The notes: a model not told the origin generated them from the sequence alone. A stretch of DNA of 63,359 bases, filler included, from Collodictyon triciliatum (GCA_043381765.1; 4 parts of 4 records of this genome joined end to end with filler, not necessarily neighbours in it), one strand, 5' to 3'. Positions 43,434-56,117 are shown, counted from the whole stretch's first letter. Numbers and translations: made by a program.

Positions 43434-44456
43434 AGAAAAGAATTCAAAACTAACCTTTTTTTTTTTAATGATTGCATACTTTCTTTTGTGAGGAGTTTGT
43501 GAAAGGCAGTCAAAGATTTGAAACAAGTATAACCAAACCTGAAAGTGTGTGTGATGGTTTGGTATTTTACATTCAAATGCCTCGTAAAATCTTCGCGGTA
43601 CAAACCCAGCATGCACTAGCAAAATAGACGTTTCTGAATGTCGGTATTACAATTGTGTTCCGGTAATATTTTTGGAGTTCTGTGAGAATTTACCTAACAA
43701 TTGGATATTTTTGGAGTATTAACACCATTTTGAATAAAAAGAATTAATATTAAAAATCTTTGCTCTTGAGCCCATCCAGGTAATTTTTTCATTCAAACAT
43801 CAGGCACGCAGTTCCAAAGAATAAGGGGATGTGGGTGAAATAGAATATCAGATTTTTTTTTATTCTTTTTTTCAATTTTGTGCAGGATGGTGGAAAGGCT
43901 GGATTTGGTTCGCTAGCCATTGATTGCTTGAAAGCTAATTGGTGAACAGGTGCAGAGAAGTATTCAGTAATCAGGAATAGAATCCTGTGATTTGGCCTGT
44001 AGCCTGGGTTCTGTGTTCTACGCTAATATTCTATCTCTGTGCCATAATATATGTTACATTCTCTATACTCTAGAATCTGTTCTCTGGTTTTTCTTTTTAA
44101 CATTTCTTTTTTATTTTATCTTTCCTATATATTATGTTACACATGCCTCTTGATATAAGTCTCTCATGTATGTTCTCTTTCATCTTTGCTATACTCTAAT
44201 ATTCCATTTCATATACAGACTCCATTCCATATATACGTATGAATAAAAATTTTCAAACAACTGTTCTTGTGTGTGCTTTTTTTTCTTATCAAAATATATT
44301 TCATTTCATTATGAAATCTTTTCACCTGACCATTATATATTTTTTTATTATTCATCAAAAACCATTGATTTCATCTTTTTTTAATATTTTGTTTGGGATA
44401 TATGATATGCTTGGCGAGTTACTTGATTTGTTTGGCGATTATGCTAATAACAACAT

Positions 44457-44785
44457 AAAAGGGGGTTGCAATTCTATAAATTAGAAAGAGAAAGTGAAGT
44501 TTGCAATTGAATCCTGAGGTGTCCGCTCAGCCGAAGATTCGCGTAGTGAGCAAGATTCGGAATTGTGGAGTTCATTTTAAAAATCCGAAAAATCATACGG
44601 AGGGGGGGTCCCCTTTAGGGGCCCGGAGTTGTTTTTTCGCTTTTTAAAATAGTACGCAACAATGGAGAACCCGTAGGGCGAGCGATCAAGCGAGTCGCAG
44701 TCGAACGAAGCATGAGGCGCGGACACCGAAAGGATTCAATAAAAACGAAACGATACGCCTAATTTATATAAAGAATCCCCCTTTT
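44457..44785. mobile_element. About 330-bp imperfect palindromic (MITE/foldback-like) element
   Basis: Nested inverted repeats: AAAAGGGGG..TATAAATTAG / CTAATTTATA..CCCCCTTTT; ATTGAATCCT..GGTGTCCGC / GCGGACACC..AGGATTCAAT; TTTTAAAAAtcCGAAAAA / TTTTTCGcTTTTTAAAA. Confidence 0.65.
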
Positions 44786-45599
44786 NNNNNNNNNNNNNNN
44801 NNNNNNNNNNNNNNNNNNNNNNNNNNNNNNNNNNNNNNNNNNNNNNNNNNNNNNNNNNNNNNNNNNNNNNNNNNNNNNNNNNNNNNNNNNNNNNNNNNNN
44901 NNNNNNNNNNNNNNNNNNNNNNNNNNNNNNNNNNNNNNNNNNNNNNNNNNNNNNNNNNNNNNNNNNNNNNNNNNNNNNNNNNNNNNNNNNNNNNNNNNNN
45001 NNNNNNNNNNNNNNNNNNNNNNNNNNNNNNNNNNNNNNNNNNNNNNNNNNNNNNNNNNNNNNNNNNNNNNNNNNNNNNNNNNNNNNNNNNNNNNNNNNNN
45101 NNNNNNNNNNNNNNNNNNNNNNNNNNNNNNNNNNNNNNNNNNNNNNNNNNNNNNNNNNNNNNNNNNNNNNNNNNNNNNNNNNNNNNNNNNNNNNNNNNNN
45201 NNNNNNNNNNNNNNNNNNNNNNNNNNNNNNNNNNNNNNNNNNNNNNNNNNNNNNNNNNNNNNNNNNNNNNNNNNNNNNNNNNNNNNNNNNNNNNNNNNNN
45301 NNNNNNNNNNNNNNNNNNNNNNNNNNNNNNNNNNNNNNNNNNNNNNNNNNNNNNNNNNNNNNNNNNNNNNNNNNNNNNNNNNNNNNNNNNNNNNNNNNNN
45401 NNNNNNNNNNNNNNNNNNNNNNNNNNNNNNNNNNNNNNNNNNNNNNNNNNNNNNNNNNNNNNNNNNNNNNNNNNNNNNNNNNNNNNNNNNNNNNNNNNNN
45501 NNNNNNNNNNNNNNNNNNNNNNNNNNNNNNNNNNNNNNNNNNNNNNNNNNNNNNNNNNNNNNNNNNNNNNNNNNNNNNNNNNNNNNNNNNNNNNNNNNN

Positions 45600-45701
45600 A
45601 TATGATATGATATGATATGATATGATATGATATGATATGATATGATATGATATGATATGATATGATATGATATGATATGATATGATATGATATGATATGA
45701 T
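45600..45701. repeat. (ATATG)n microsatellite
   Basis: Perfect pentanucleotide run next to a gap. Confidence 0.95.
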
Positions 45702-46137
45702 AAAGGGATTAAATAGAATAGGCGATTGTTTTCAATAGAACAACCAGATATTCACATGCACCTTTGACACAGAAGTTTACCATAGTTTCAATTAGTGATA
45801 TCAAAGCCCACTTGTTCAATCAATTTTTGGTTACAACCCGTAAATTTTGAGGTTAAAATTATTTATGACATTAAATTTAAAATTTTCCAAGAATGAAAAC
45901 AAGACAAAAACATTAAATTTCAATCCATTCTTTTAACCACATAGTCGGTAAAAATAATTATGTTAGGTGCTCGTGTTTGCAAAGAAAGTCAAAAAACAAG
46001 GATCGAGGAATCTTTTTTTTTTGTAATAGACAGTAATGTAAAAAAGATTCCAAGTGAAACAGACTCACTTTTTTTTAGAATAATTAACATCATAGTCTCA
46101 GTGGAGCATTAAGGATATTGAAACATAGGAAACAGCA

Positions 46138-46488
46138 ATGGAAAAAACTGTTTGTCCATATTGCATAAAAAGGCTCTCTTCTGAACGGAATTGTCGGCTG
46201 CACCTCAACATTTGCAGAATCAATCCAAAACGCCACGAAACGGTTTTTTTTTGTGCCTCGTGTCCAAAGTGGTGTGGGTTTTCTGAACAGTCCCGCAAAG
46301 AACATCAAAAGTCCAAGCATCATCGGAATCAGCTTTCCCTGTTAGCTTCAATGAAATGCAACTCACCATCCGAAACAGTTATGAACCCTGCTATGCCGAA
46401 GGATGAATACAAGCCACGTCCATTCAACTACTTTGACATCGTCATTGCCTCTCCTCTTTCTTCAGAAGAACATATCTCTGACGACTAG
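46138..46488 (+). CDS. Small ORF or gene fragment with two zinc-finger-like motifs
   Basis: CPYC-x12-HLNIC and CASC..EHQKSKHH; intronless, possibly a pseudogene or TE remnant. Confidence 0.45.
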   Translation: MEKTVCPYCIKRLSSERNCRLHLNICRINPKRHETVFFCASCPKWCGFSEQSRKEHQKSKHHRNQLSLLASMKCNSPSETVMNPAMPKDEYKPRPFNYFDIVIASPLSSEEHISDD

Positions 46489-47476
46489 GATGAAAATCCG
46501 TCTACTTGATTCAAAAGCATCCATTTAACCAATTCAAAGACTTTGCTTCTCAAACTATTAAACTCATTCTGATAGCAAAGTTTCAAAATAGTATTATTTT
46601 CATATCATTCGTTGCATATCACATGTGTTTCTTGTTTTTTTATATTTACATTGGTCTTTATTGTATATTACTGAAGTTTGGACTGATTATTTACTCTCTG
46701 GTATAATGCGGCAACACGAAGCAGAATTGGGTCAGAGTTAGTTATTTTAATACAGATCATATAACAATTAACCAATATAAGACCAGTAACTGTATATATT
46801 TGTTAAAAAAATAAACCCCTTTACAGTCCTTATTTTCTTTAGAAACAGTCATTTGCATTATAAAAATCCAATGCTGTCTTTTTTATTTGTCAAAACATAA
46901 AGTTAACGGACGCTAGAAAAAGACGACAGGATAGACATATTCATTTTAGCATATAAAACGCGGTTTTCATAAATATTACAGTATTTCTTATTTATTCATA
47001 TAGAGAGTGTGTTTCATATGCATATGAGACATGTTTAAAAAGCATAATAGAATAACTATCTTTTTTATTTAGTTTCGATTTTTCAATAAATCATATAGAT
47101 TGTGTTTCTTGATTGAAAGTCGATGTTAGGGTTCTTTATTATTATCGATTTCGAGCTATTTTTGGTATCTCAATGTTTTTTCCCCAATTTCATGACCCTG
47201 ATATACTTGTAGTATCAATGCGTTCATAAAGAATTTATGTAATTTCCAGATTGGTTAACCCATGGATAACTTTGAATGCTTCAAGCACGTCATTTTATGC
47301 CTCAACTAATTAAGAGACGTGTCGCGTTATTCTACAAAACAGTTTTTTACGTATTTGATCGAGGTTGAATGAAAAAAAAAAGCGTTTCTATGTTTCAACG
47401 AGACAAAAATATCTCTATCAACATATATATGTACGTATATAATGTAGGATGCGCAGCTTCTTCAAAAAGGTCTGCT

Positions 47477-48217
47477 ATGCCATTGCTTTTGTTGCATGCA
47501 TTTGTTTCTCTTCTGCTAGTCTGCTGGAGTTTGGAAATCAATTTGATAGACTCAAGGACAAGCAGTATGATTCTCGTACTTGCTTCAACTCGTCTGCTGT
47601 CTCTTTGTGGAGAAGAGTTGCTTTTCTCCAATGCGCTTGAGGTAAAAAAAAACATTTCTATTCTAAAGCACTTTATTGCTACCATTTCATCTTAATCGAA
47701 CAGCATACTGTGTATAAAGCAAAATCATTTTGAACATATTGAGTGAAAGTATACAAGAAAAATATGCCAATGTCAAGTTTTATGTTGCAATAAAAAAAAT
47801 TATACACATTTATGAATATTTAAAAAACTCCTTTCATTTCAATCAATAAGGTGTGGTTTACTGAGCGTGGTTGGAAAGTTGTGAGACAGCAAGTTTCTGT
47901 CAACAGAAACAACATTTTTGTTAGTAGAGGCTCTTCAAGCAATCCTCGTCTTCTGTTTAGCTCTCACATGGATACTGTTCCTCCCTTTATACCAGCGTCA
48001 GTCACAGGGGATAAAGTCATTCATTATTATTTTTTATCGATTCTTTGAAATTATAATACAACACTTTACAAAACATCTATAATGATGGGTAAATATATGC
48101 CATGTAGTTGAATCGATATTAAATACTTGCTCCAAAGATAATGGGAAGAGGTGCTTGCGATGCAAAGGGAATCATCGTAGCTCAAATGCTGGCAGTTGAT
48201 TATCTGGTTCAGAATAG
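47477..48217 (+). CDS. M20 family peptidase / ArgE-DapE-like deacylase, 3' partial, probable signal peptide
   Basis: Spliced LLFSSHMDTVPPFIP and IMGRGACDAKG metal-binding motifs; hydrophobic N-terminus MPLLLLHAFVSLLLVCWS (start codon uncertain); cut by the spacer. Confidence 0.82.
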
Positions 48218-48317
48218 NNNNNNNNNNNNNNNNNNNNNNNNNNNNNNNNNNNNNNNNNNNNTTAATTAATTAANNNNNNNNNNNNNNNNNNNNNNNNNNN
48301 NNNNNNNNNNNNNNNNN
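48218..48317. other. Artificial scaffold spacer N44-TTAATTAATTAA-N44
   Basis: Same 100-bp structure as 24105-24204. Confidence 0.95.
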
Positions 48318-48631
48318 AGAAAAAAAAAGAAAAGAAAAGAAAAGAAAAGAAAAGAAAAGAAAAGAAAAGAAAAGAAAAGAAAAGAAAAGAAAAGCAGATA
48401 TGTCTAACACCGAGAAATAATTAAAATTATAGCATCTTTGGGGTTTATTCGTCATGGAACTACCACGGCAGCCTCAGTGGTACTTATTATTTTCTTTTTA
48501 ATTGCACTTTCTCTCCTCCAAGATCACGTTCTCTATTTGGTTTCTATATGGATACAATCGCAGACTATTTATCTTTCATGATTTTTTGGTACGATTTAAT
48601 GATTGTTTTTCATATATATTATAGTTTGCAG

Positions 48632-50893
48632 CTCTACCAAAGAAAGTGACGATTGTAGAAGTGGGGCCCAGAGATGGTTTGCAAATTGAGAAGCAGGTGT
48701 GTACCATTTCATATATTTAGATATATTTAATTCCATATGGTGAATTTATCGGCTGACATACTGAGCTCTTCGCATAAGAAGTAATAATAGGCTAAGATTT
48801 AATTAGATAAACTGTAATCACATCATTATCATTATTATTTTTGCGTAAGGAAAATAAAAAAAGCCTTTTCGTTCTAAAAATAACGTGCTCTTCGGCATAC
48901 TCATGCTTTCTCCTGAAATAGCTTGTTCCAGCCACTGTTAAAATTGAGCTTATCAACAAACTTTCAGAAAGTGGTCTTTCTGTGAGTTCATCCTAATAAT
49001 TTCAATTATTATTTTTTTTAAAAAAAAAGTCAACTTGCCAACATCATCACCGGCCATATATATACGTGCAAATCAATATTTTTGAGTTAATATACACGGT
49101 GAAATATGCATAGGTAGTTGAGGCGACAAGTTTCGTCAATCCAAAGGCCATTCCCCAAGTTTGTAGTCAGCACCAATATTTAGTTTCTCCTTATGCTTTA
49201 TTTGGTACCAATATTCAATATTATAACAATTAGTTGCAATTTAGATGTCTGATGCTGTTGAAGTCATGGCTGGTATCAAGCGTATGGATGGTGTTTCATA
49301 CCCTGTCTTGACGCCCAATATGAAGGGACTCGAATCGGCCATCCAATCAAATGCTAAAGTTGTGAGTACAAATATATATATATATCAAAATCTTTCTTTT
49401 GATCGGTCATCTATTCCATATGTTCTTTGCATTCGCTTCAATTTAGTAGCTCCCACAAAAAAAATTATCCTAGAGACATTACATTCTTAAGTTCTTGCTA
49501 CTTGTAGACATTTTGTTTGTTATCATTTTTTTTTTGCACCCAAAAATGCCTTGTACAGTATGTTTGTCACATATTCGTTTACATGCTACAGGTAGCTATT
49601 TTCGGAGCTGCCAGTGAGTCGTTCAGTCAAAAGAACATAAGAATGAGCATCGACCAGAGTCTTAAAGGCTTCGAAGAAATGTGCCCGGTGGCTCTTCAAA
49701 AGGGACTTAAAATTAGAGGGTTCACCCACATTAATAGTTTCATCAATAGTTGCATCGATACGGCTTTTTGATTGGCCTCCATGTCTCCAGCACTTTTCAA
49801 CGCTCTATACTTGAATTTTTCTTCTTCAAGATTAATATATATATATCTTCATTATTGCAGATATGTATCGACTGTTATCGGGTGCCCCTATGAAGGTCAT
49901 ATTTCCCCTCAGAAAGTCGCTGCCATCGCCTCTCGTCTTTACAAAATGGGATGCTACGAGATATCTCTAGGGGACACCATCGGCGTTGGAACCCCAAGTG
50001 ATAGAAACATTATTTTTTTAAGTTGCCTGCAGCCTTCAATACTTACGTTTATGTTTTAACAAGTATCATTCGATCAAATGAAAAGATTTTTTCCCTTCCG
50101 TTTAGATGGTTTACGTGTCCTTTCCAGGGCTCTGCCATAAGGGTATTCTTACAGATATTGAATTTGGTTCTTTATAGAAACAACGTACGAAATGATTAAA
50201 GCGGTATCTGAGGTTGTTCCTGTAGATAAACTAGCTGTCCATTGTCATGACACATATGGACAAGCTCTTGCAAACATTTTCACTGCCTTGCAGGTTCAAA
50301 CGATTTTGATGCACAACAAACCTATGCACTAACGCACCGCAAGGCCGCAACGAAGCTTTTTTCACCGCATTTTAACTATCCAGATGGGTGTAAGTGTTGT
50401 CGACAGCTCGGTCGCTGGGCTTGGGGGTTGTCCGTACGCAAAAGGCGCCACAGGTAGGCGCGATTCTGTCACATGTACTTCAACCTGTCAGCTATGGACA
50501 TGTAACTGGAGCGCATAACTGATTTTCAATTAAAGGAAACGTCGCAACAGAGGATGTTCTCTACATGCTCAATGGTCTTGGAATTGAGACAGGAGTTGAC
50601 ATGGACAAACTATTGGATGCCAGTGAATACATATGCAAGGTTTGTATATAGAGGTAACATGCGAAAGAAGAATGTAAAATAAGATACCAAGCTGTCGAAT
50701 CGTACCTTTGCAGTATGCAATGGTTTGTTTGTTTGTTTGTTTGTTTGTTTGTTTTTTGACAAGAAACCGCATGAATTTAGTCCCAAATATATTGATAAAT
50801 TCTCATGTCGTAATCATACAGCACCTCGGTCGTGAGCCTGCTTCGAGAGCTGGTCTTGCACTCATCCGAAAGCGCCCTTCGCCGTCCCTGTAA
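48632..50893 (+). CDS. HMGCL: Hydroxymethylglutaryl-CoA lyase, 5' partial, 10 exons visible
   Basis: [98 protein letters not shown] at 50891-50893. Confidence 0.95.
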
Positions 50894-51464
50894 CAGCCGG
50901 GGAGTGGAGCGCCAAAAATGACCGGCCAAGACGGGAAATAATCGCACCAAATTGAGGGCGGTCAATAAAGACGTGGTCATGGCAATCTTTCAGTCATGGG
51001 TTACAAAATCTTCTCATTGTTTCTCACACCCATTTCTCCCAGCCTTTGGTTACATGCGCTGTCTTCTGCCATTTGATCGCATGAGCCGCCCTGCTCGGTT
51101 CCACCTACGCTCAAATTCACAAGAATTCCACAAATGGGAAAATTCCTTGAAGCCTCGCTCAGGTGGTTTGGCCGCAGTCGCGATCAATCAACCCAGTCAT
51201 AAGCACGAGGGAGAAAAACAAGGAAAAACAAAGAAAAACAAAAGACAAAAAACAACAGGCGAAGAAGCAAAAGTAAAACCCCGCTCAAGCGTGAGCATAA
51301 GCACAGCATGAGAGGATGCCAGGGGAATAAGTAGGCTGGGTCAAACAGGAGGCAGAAGAGAGAAGCACGAGGACGAGTCCCGGGCAATCGCGTTACTCCC
51401 TCAGCCGCACTAACACACAGCGATCAACACCCAGAGAACAAGCCAAGGCGGAGAAGGATCGGCC

Positions 51465-52079
51465 ATGAGCGAGTACAGCAGCCTGTTGCCGCGACAAACC
51501 TCGGGCAGCCATAGTGGACATGTCCATGACGCCCCGATGCGCCCCCAACGGGCAAACCCAGGCCACAGCCACAGCCACAGCCGCGGCCACGGTCACAGCC
51601 ACAGCCACGAATCAGACGACGACTCTGTGGGAAACACAGGCGCTGGTTTCGAATACCCGTACCAAGGCTCCAGCGGGTGCGACTGCTGCTCATCGTTCTT
51701 CAATATATGCCGCCCTACGAAGCACAAGTCACCCAAGGCTTCGATGCGTGTGGAGCCGAAAACATTCTTTGCCAACGAGCGCACGTTCCTGTCCTGGCTC
51801 AACATGTCGCTGACCATCAGCGTCCTTGCTTTGGGTCTGGTGGGCTTTGCGGACGACTTTGGCATGCAGCTGGCTGGAATCATTCTTTTGTCCACAGGGG
51901 TTCTGTTCAGCCTCTACTCATACTATATCTTTGTGAAGCGTGCACAGAAGATTCGTGCCCGAGAGGAAGGTCCTTATGACGACGTTGTCGGTCCAGGCGT
52001 GCTCCTCTTTGTCGTCAACGCCGCAATTGTGGCGAGTGTTCTTGCTGCCGTAGTCTTTGGTGGACAAAGCCAAGTCTAA
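51465..52079 (+). CDS. VTC1: Vacuolar transporter chaperone Vtc1-like (DUF202, 3 TM) with His-rich N-terminal extension
   Basis: RVEPKTFFANERTFLSWL and GPYDDVVGP motifs, three hydrophobic helices; single exon. Confidence 0.85.
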   Translation: MSEYSSLLPRQTSGSHSGHVHDAPMRPQRANPGHSHSHSRGHGHSHSHESDDDSVGNTGAGFEYPYQGSSGCDCCSSFFNICRPTKHKSPKASMRVEPKTFFANERTFLSWLNMSLTISVLALGLVGFADDFGMQLAGIILLSTGVLFSLYSYYIFVKRAQKIRAREEGPYDDVVGPGVLLFVVNAAIVASVLAAVVFGGQSQV

Positions 52080-52858
52080 CCGATTCCAACGCCGCCAGTC
52101 GCAGGTGGGATTGGGAACAGATTCCCTGGCCCGATTCATGTCTTGTGTCCAGAGATTATTTTCAGGTCGCGACCAGTGGCAGGAGATAGGCCCCGAGAAA
52201 CCAAGCAGCTCCTCCCAACCAATCTCCACTCCGATGCACATCAATCCTCCAATATGTGCGCACATCTCTGTCCCTTTTTCTCTTCTCTTTGCTTCTTCCC
52301 TTCTGGCCACCGTCTTCTTGCCATCATCTCCGTGCTCCCGTGATGAATGATCGGGTTGATAAACACCGCAGAAACACAGCGCGAGATTTGTCTCGGAAAT
52401 CTTGGTTACTCCCTTGAGCGGTTCCACCTCAGACAAATTCCACATTTAGAGTATCGAGACCATCGCGCCCAAACGCACGGATCAGAGGCTCGTGGTTGGA
52501 GCAGGCGTAAGGCTGGTGGGCCTTACATGTCGATCGGGCTGCGGTGCAGTAGAAATATTGTGCCTGTTGGCGGCGGTCGGCAACTGCGGGCAGGAGGCCA
52601 TCAAACATATAATATGTGCCGTTGCGACTTATGCCCCTGCAAGCATTCTCATGCACGTGACTACCACACACCCGACCACCGACTCACTCCGTGTGTCTAC
52701 GCCTTCTTTCAACCACCATGGCTTGCGTGCAAACAACCAAACAATCTATTCAACCTTGTTCATGTTGTTCTGGCAAAGTTATTTTTTTCTTTCTTTCACG
52801 CCACTGGGGCAGCAGGTATTCGTTCTCCCCTACAGTCGTCGAAGCCAACAAACCAGTT

Positions 52859-54328
52859 ATGGACAGCGTCGAGCCTAACGCCGTTGGCGAGGAGGACCAG
52901 GAGGATATGTACCTGGAAGAGAGCGATGCCTCCAACTGGTCGGAAGAAAACTGGGTTCAAACGTTTCTGTCGATGGATGGAAATGAGGTACTTGGTTTCT
53001 GTAGGGTTTCGGAGTCGTGTCGTTTTCTACTTCCTCCATTCAAAAATATTGCACAAAATGATGCACAACAAAGGCCCAATATACACTCTTATGTATCAAA
53101 ATGTACCACTCTTTCCCAAAAACATCATCTTGGTATTTTTCTTCTTCCTTCCTCCCGCAAACAATCGTGTTCGTTGATTTGTCGAATATTCGTGCAGCTG
53201 TTTGTGGAGGTTGCCGATGATTTCATTCGGGATGATTTCAACTTAACTGGACTGAACAGTGTGATACCGTACTATCGCCACGCATTGGAAGTTCTTCTCG
53301 ACTATGACATTCAAGGTTTTTCAATTTTAGTACCATCATCATCACCATCCAGCAATATATTTTCACTCTTTGGTCGCTAATGGGTACCCTAACCGAAATC
53401 ACTTGCATCAGATATATCGCTCACACGAGAGCAAAGCTATGTTCTCGATCATTCATGCGAAGAGCTCTATGGAATGATACATGCCCGTTACATCATAACA
53501 TCAAGAGGACTGGCTACCATGGTGGATTGTCATCGCACACATTTCTTGTCCTAATTTGACCACCCTCAGGCTTCTTGAATACGTAGCCAGACGATCCTAA
53601 AAAACGCAATATTAAGACTTATACTACGCTCTTCTTTAGCTTGAAAAGTACCAGGCTGGTCATTTTGGAATATGTCCCAGAGTTCTTTGCAACGGGCAAC
53701 ATATGCTACCTGTTGGCATATCCGATACGATGAGACAAGAGACCCTAAAACTTTACTGCCCTCGTTGCGAAGATATCTATCAACCTTCACGTAGACATGG
53801 CCGTGAGTATCTCAAACAGTATACTCTGAAACATGCTGTCGCATCTCTTAGCGCTAGATATCATACTGTTGGGCATTTGATTTTTTATATTCATCGTGAA
53901 TACAGGTATTGACGGTGCCTATTTCGGAACAACTTTCCCTCATCTTTTCATGTTGACATATCCTGACCTGCTACATTCTGGTGAATCGAGCAAATATGTC
54001 CCCAGAATATTCGGATTTAAAATCCACTCTTCTTCAAAGTATGGTAAATTTAGTTCAAATGAAATTCGCACAAGAATTTCTGGTAACACCGGAGATATAT
54101 CGCAATTACTATGATTTATTTTGTATTTCTTCTAAAGTTCTTCGACAAACTACATGTATCCATGTTAGCCATCGCTAAACGTTTTGTTTTTACACTCGAT
54201 AAAGGGCCCGGCTAACGGCGTCTTTACACCCACCTCGCCTAAATATCACTTCGACCAACGCTCCTGAAGAGTTGAATCGGAGGTTGCCGAACGTGGATGC
54301 TGGAGTCCAACAAAAAGCTAAGGAATAA
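52859..54328 (+). CDS. CSNK2B: Casein kinase II regulatory beta subunit, 6 exons
   Basis: [71 protein letters not shown]; the frame of the last exon is uncertain. Confidence 0.93.
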
Positions 54329-55374
54329 TAATGATCCGCCGTGACGGCTACCATCGCCACTCACAGTCTCCCCCTTTTTCTCTGTTGGAGACGGCGTCGA
54401 TGTCATCTAATCAAGGGCTGCCTTAATTTTTTTTTTCCCCTTAGAAGATAATTTTTTCCTTCTTTTTTTGAAGATGTCGGTTTATTGTGTAAACCCTCAA
54501 ATCCTTTGTTCGCACATTCCCGCAATTCTTATTTTCATTTCGGAAGAAGGATTCTTGAAAGGTCACATCATCCGCCTTGGTCAACCACAAACCTCTCTTG
54601 GCCCATCCTTCTTTCTATTCGGTTTCTCTTGAAGCATGTAACACATGAAGGCACACATTTCAAAAAGCAGTGCTAATAAAGGCAAAGTTGCCCCCAAAAT
54701 TTTTTCTTTTCTTTTCATCTTCTCCTGTGTGTCCTTTGATGCTCTCTTTTTCTCTGGTCGCGTTGTGCTGCCTGTTCTTGCATTCCTCCCGCGCCATAGC
54801 AAAGCGGGTTGCTGCCCGACAACCTGTATTGGGTCTCCACATTAACAGCATATGACGAACCCGTCTCACACCGCCATTGCCACAGTACCAAAACTAGTCC
54901 ATACTTGTGGGCCGAGTTCATAGTCCTTTTTCTTTTTCTTCTCTGCGATGCGGTTTGCAACCTTTGCACATACTCTGCTGGTTTAATTCCGGTACAACTT
55001 ACCCGATTTCTGTTTCCTGCCCCCAAAATCCGGCCACAAAGTAGCACCCTTCATTTCCAGAAGTGGAAAAAACTGATTCCCTATCCGATTGGCATCCGTT
55101 GAAAGTTCTGCACTTGCGATCAGACAAGAGAAACCCATCCCAAACAAACAAACAAACAAGCAAGCAAACAAACAAGCAAGCANNNNNNNNNNNNNNNNNN
55201 NNNNNNNNNNNNNNNNNNNNNNNNNNNNNNNNNNNNNNNNNNNNNNNNNNNNNNNNNNNNNNNNNAAACAAACAAACAAGCAAACAACAAACAAACAAAC
55301 AAAGAAGCAAGTAGCGATGGTGAGGAAACGCCTTTGGTGCTCCATAGGCACACCAGAGCTAGACAGGGACTTAC

Positions 55375-56117
55375 GACGCCCTTTCGATGGGCAATTCTTT
55401 CCAGGGACGACTCAACCAATCGACTCTTCTGCTCGAGCAGACGACTGACGCGTTCGACACTAGCGATGTCTGGAACGATGGAGGAGACTCTCCTGTGCAC
55501 ATGGGTGGGATTCTCCTTCTTGTCTTTGGCCAAACAAATATCGCACAGCTCAGTGGTGTCCAGACAGGTGTCACACAAGCTGGTGATTGGGCTGTTGTGG
55601 AATATGCACCTGTTTGCGTCATGCACGGGATCTGCAGCACTGGCCAGGATGATGGGCCTGGACGGCAGAAGAAGTTGGGGTCAGACGGGAGCGGGTGAGA
55701 GACAGATACGGCACCGCAATCCACGGCAGGGGTTTGGGCGCACTTAGTCTGGTGGCTGCGCGTCTTTACGCTTCGGCGGTGTTGCTGGCCGCACTCGGAG
55801 CAGAACGCCCCGCATCCATCTTGGCAGAGGACGTGGGGATCCTCCGCATGGCACTCGACGCAGACTTTGACACCGGACGGGTCGAAGAGGCGCAGCAGGC
55901 GGCCGTGGTACTCGGACTCTGGCAGGGCGCGGACGTCGTCTGCACCGCCGGCAAAGAGCAGTCTGCGGCACAGCGGGCACGTTGCGCTGCGCCCGGTCAG
56001 CTGCGCCGTGCGCGTGATGTCTGCCACGCACTCAGTGCACAAGACGTGGCTGCACGGCAGCTTCAGCGGCTGCGCGAGGTGTTTGCGGCATGTCGGACAC
56101 TTGGTCTCTGTCTCCAT
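55375..56117 (-). CDS. RING + B-box + B-box + helical segment (TRIM/RBCC-like); 3' exons unresolved
   Basis: C3HC4 RING CPTC..PCSHVLCTEC..CPLC; B-box1 CVEC..CQDGC..CSECGQQH..H; an 86-nt GT-AG intron (55743-55658) leads in frame to B-box2 CIFH..CDTC..CDIC..HVH; GTAAGT donor at 55374. Confidence 0.8.

Noticed and set aside
43744-43845. Tc1/mariner YSPDL-like motif (SPYSLELRA)
   Set aside because: Too short, followed by a stop, and not preserved in the related copy at 39.7 kb
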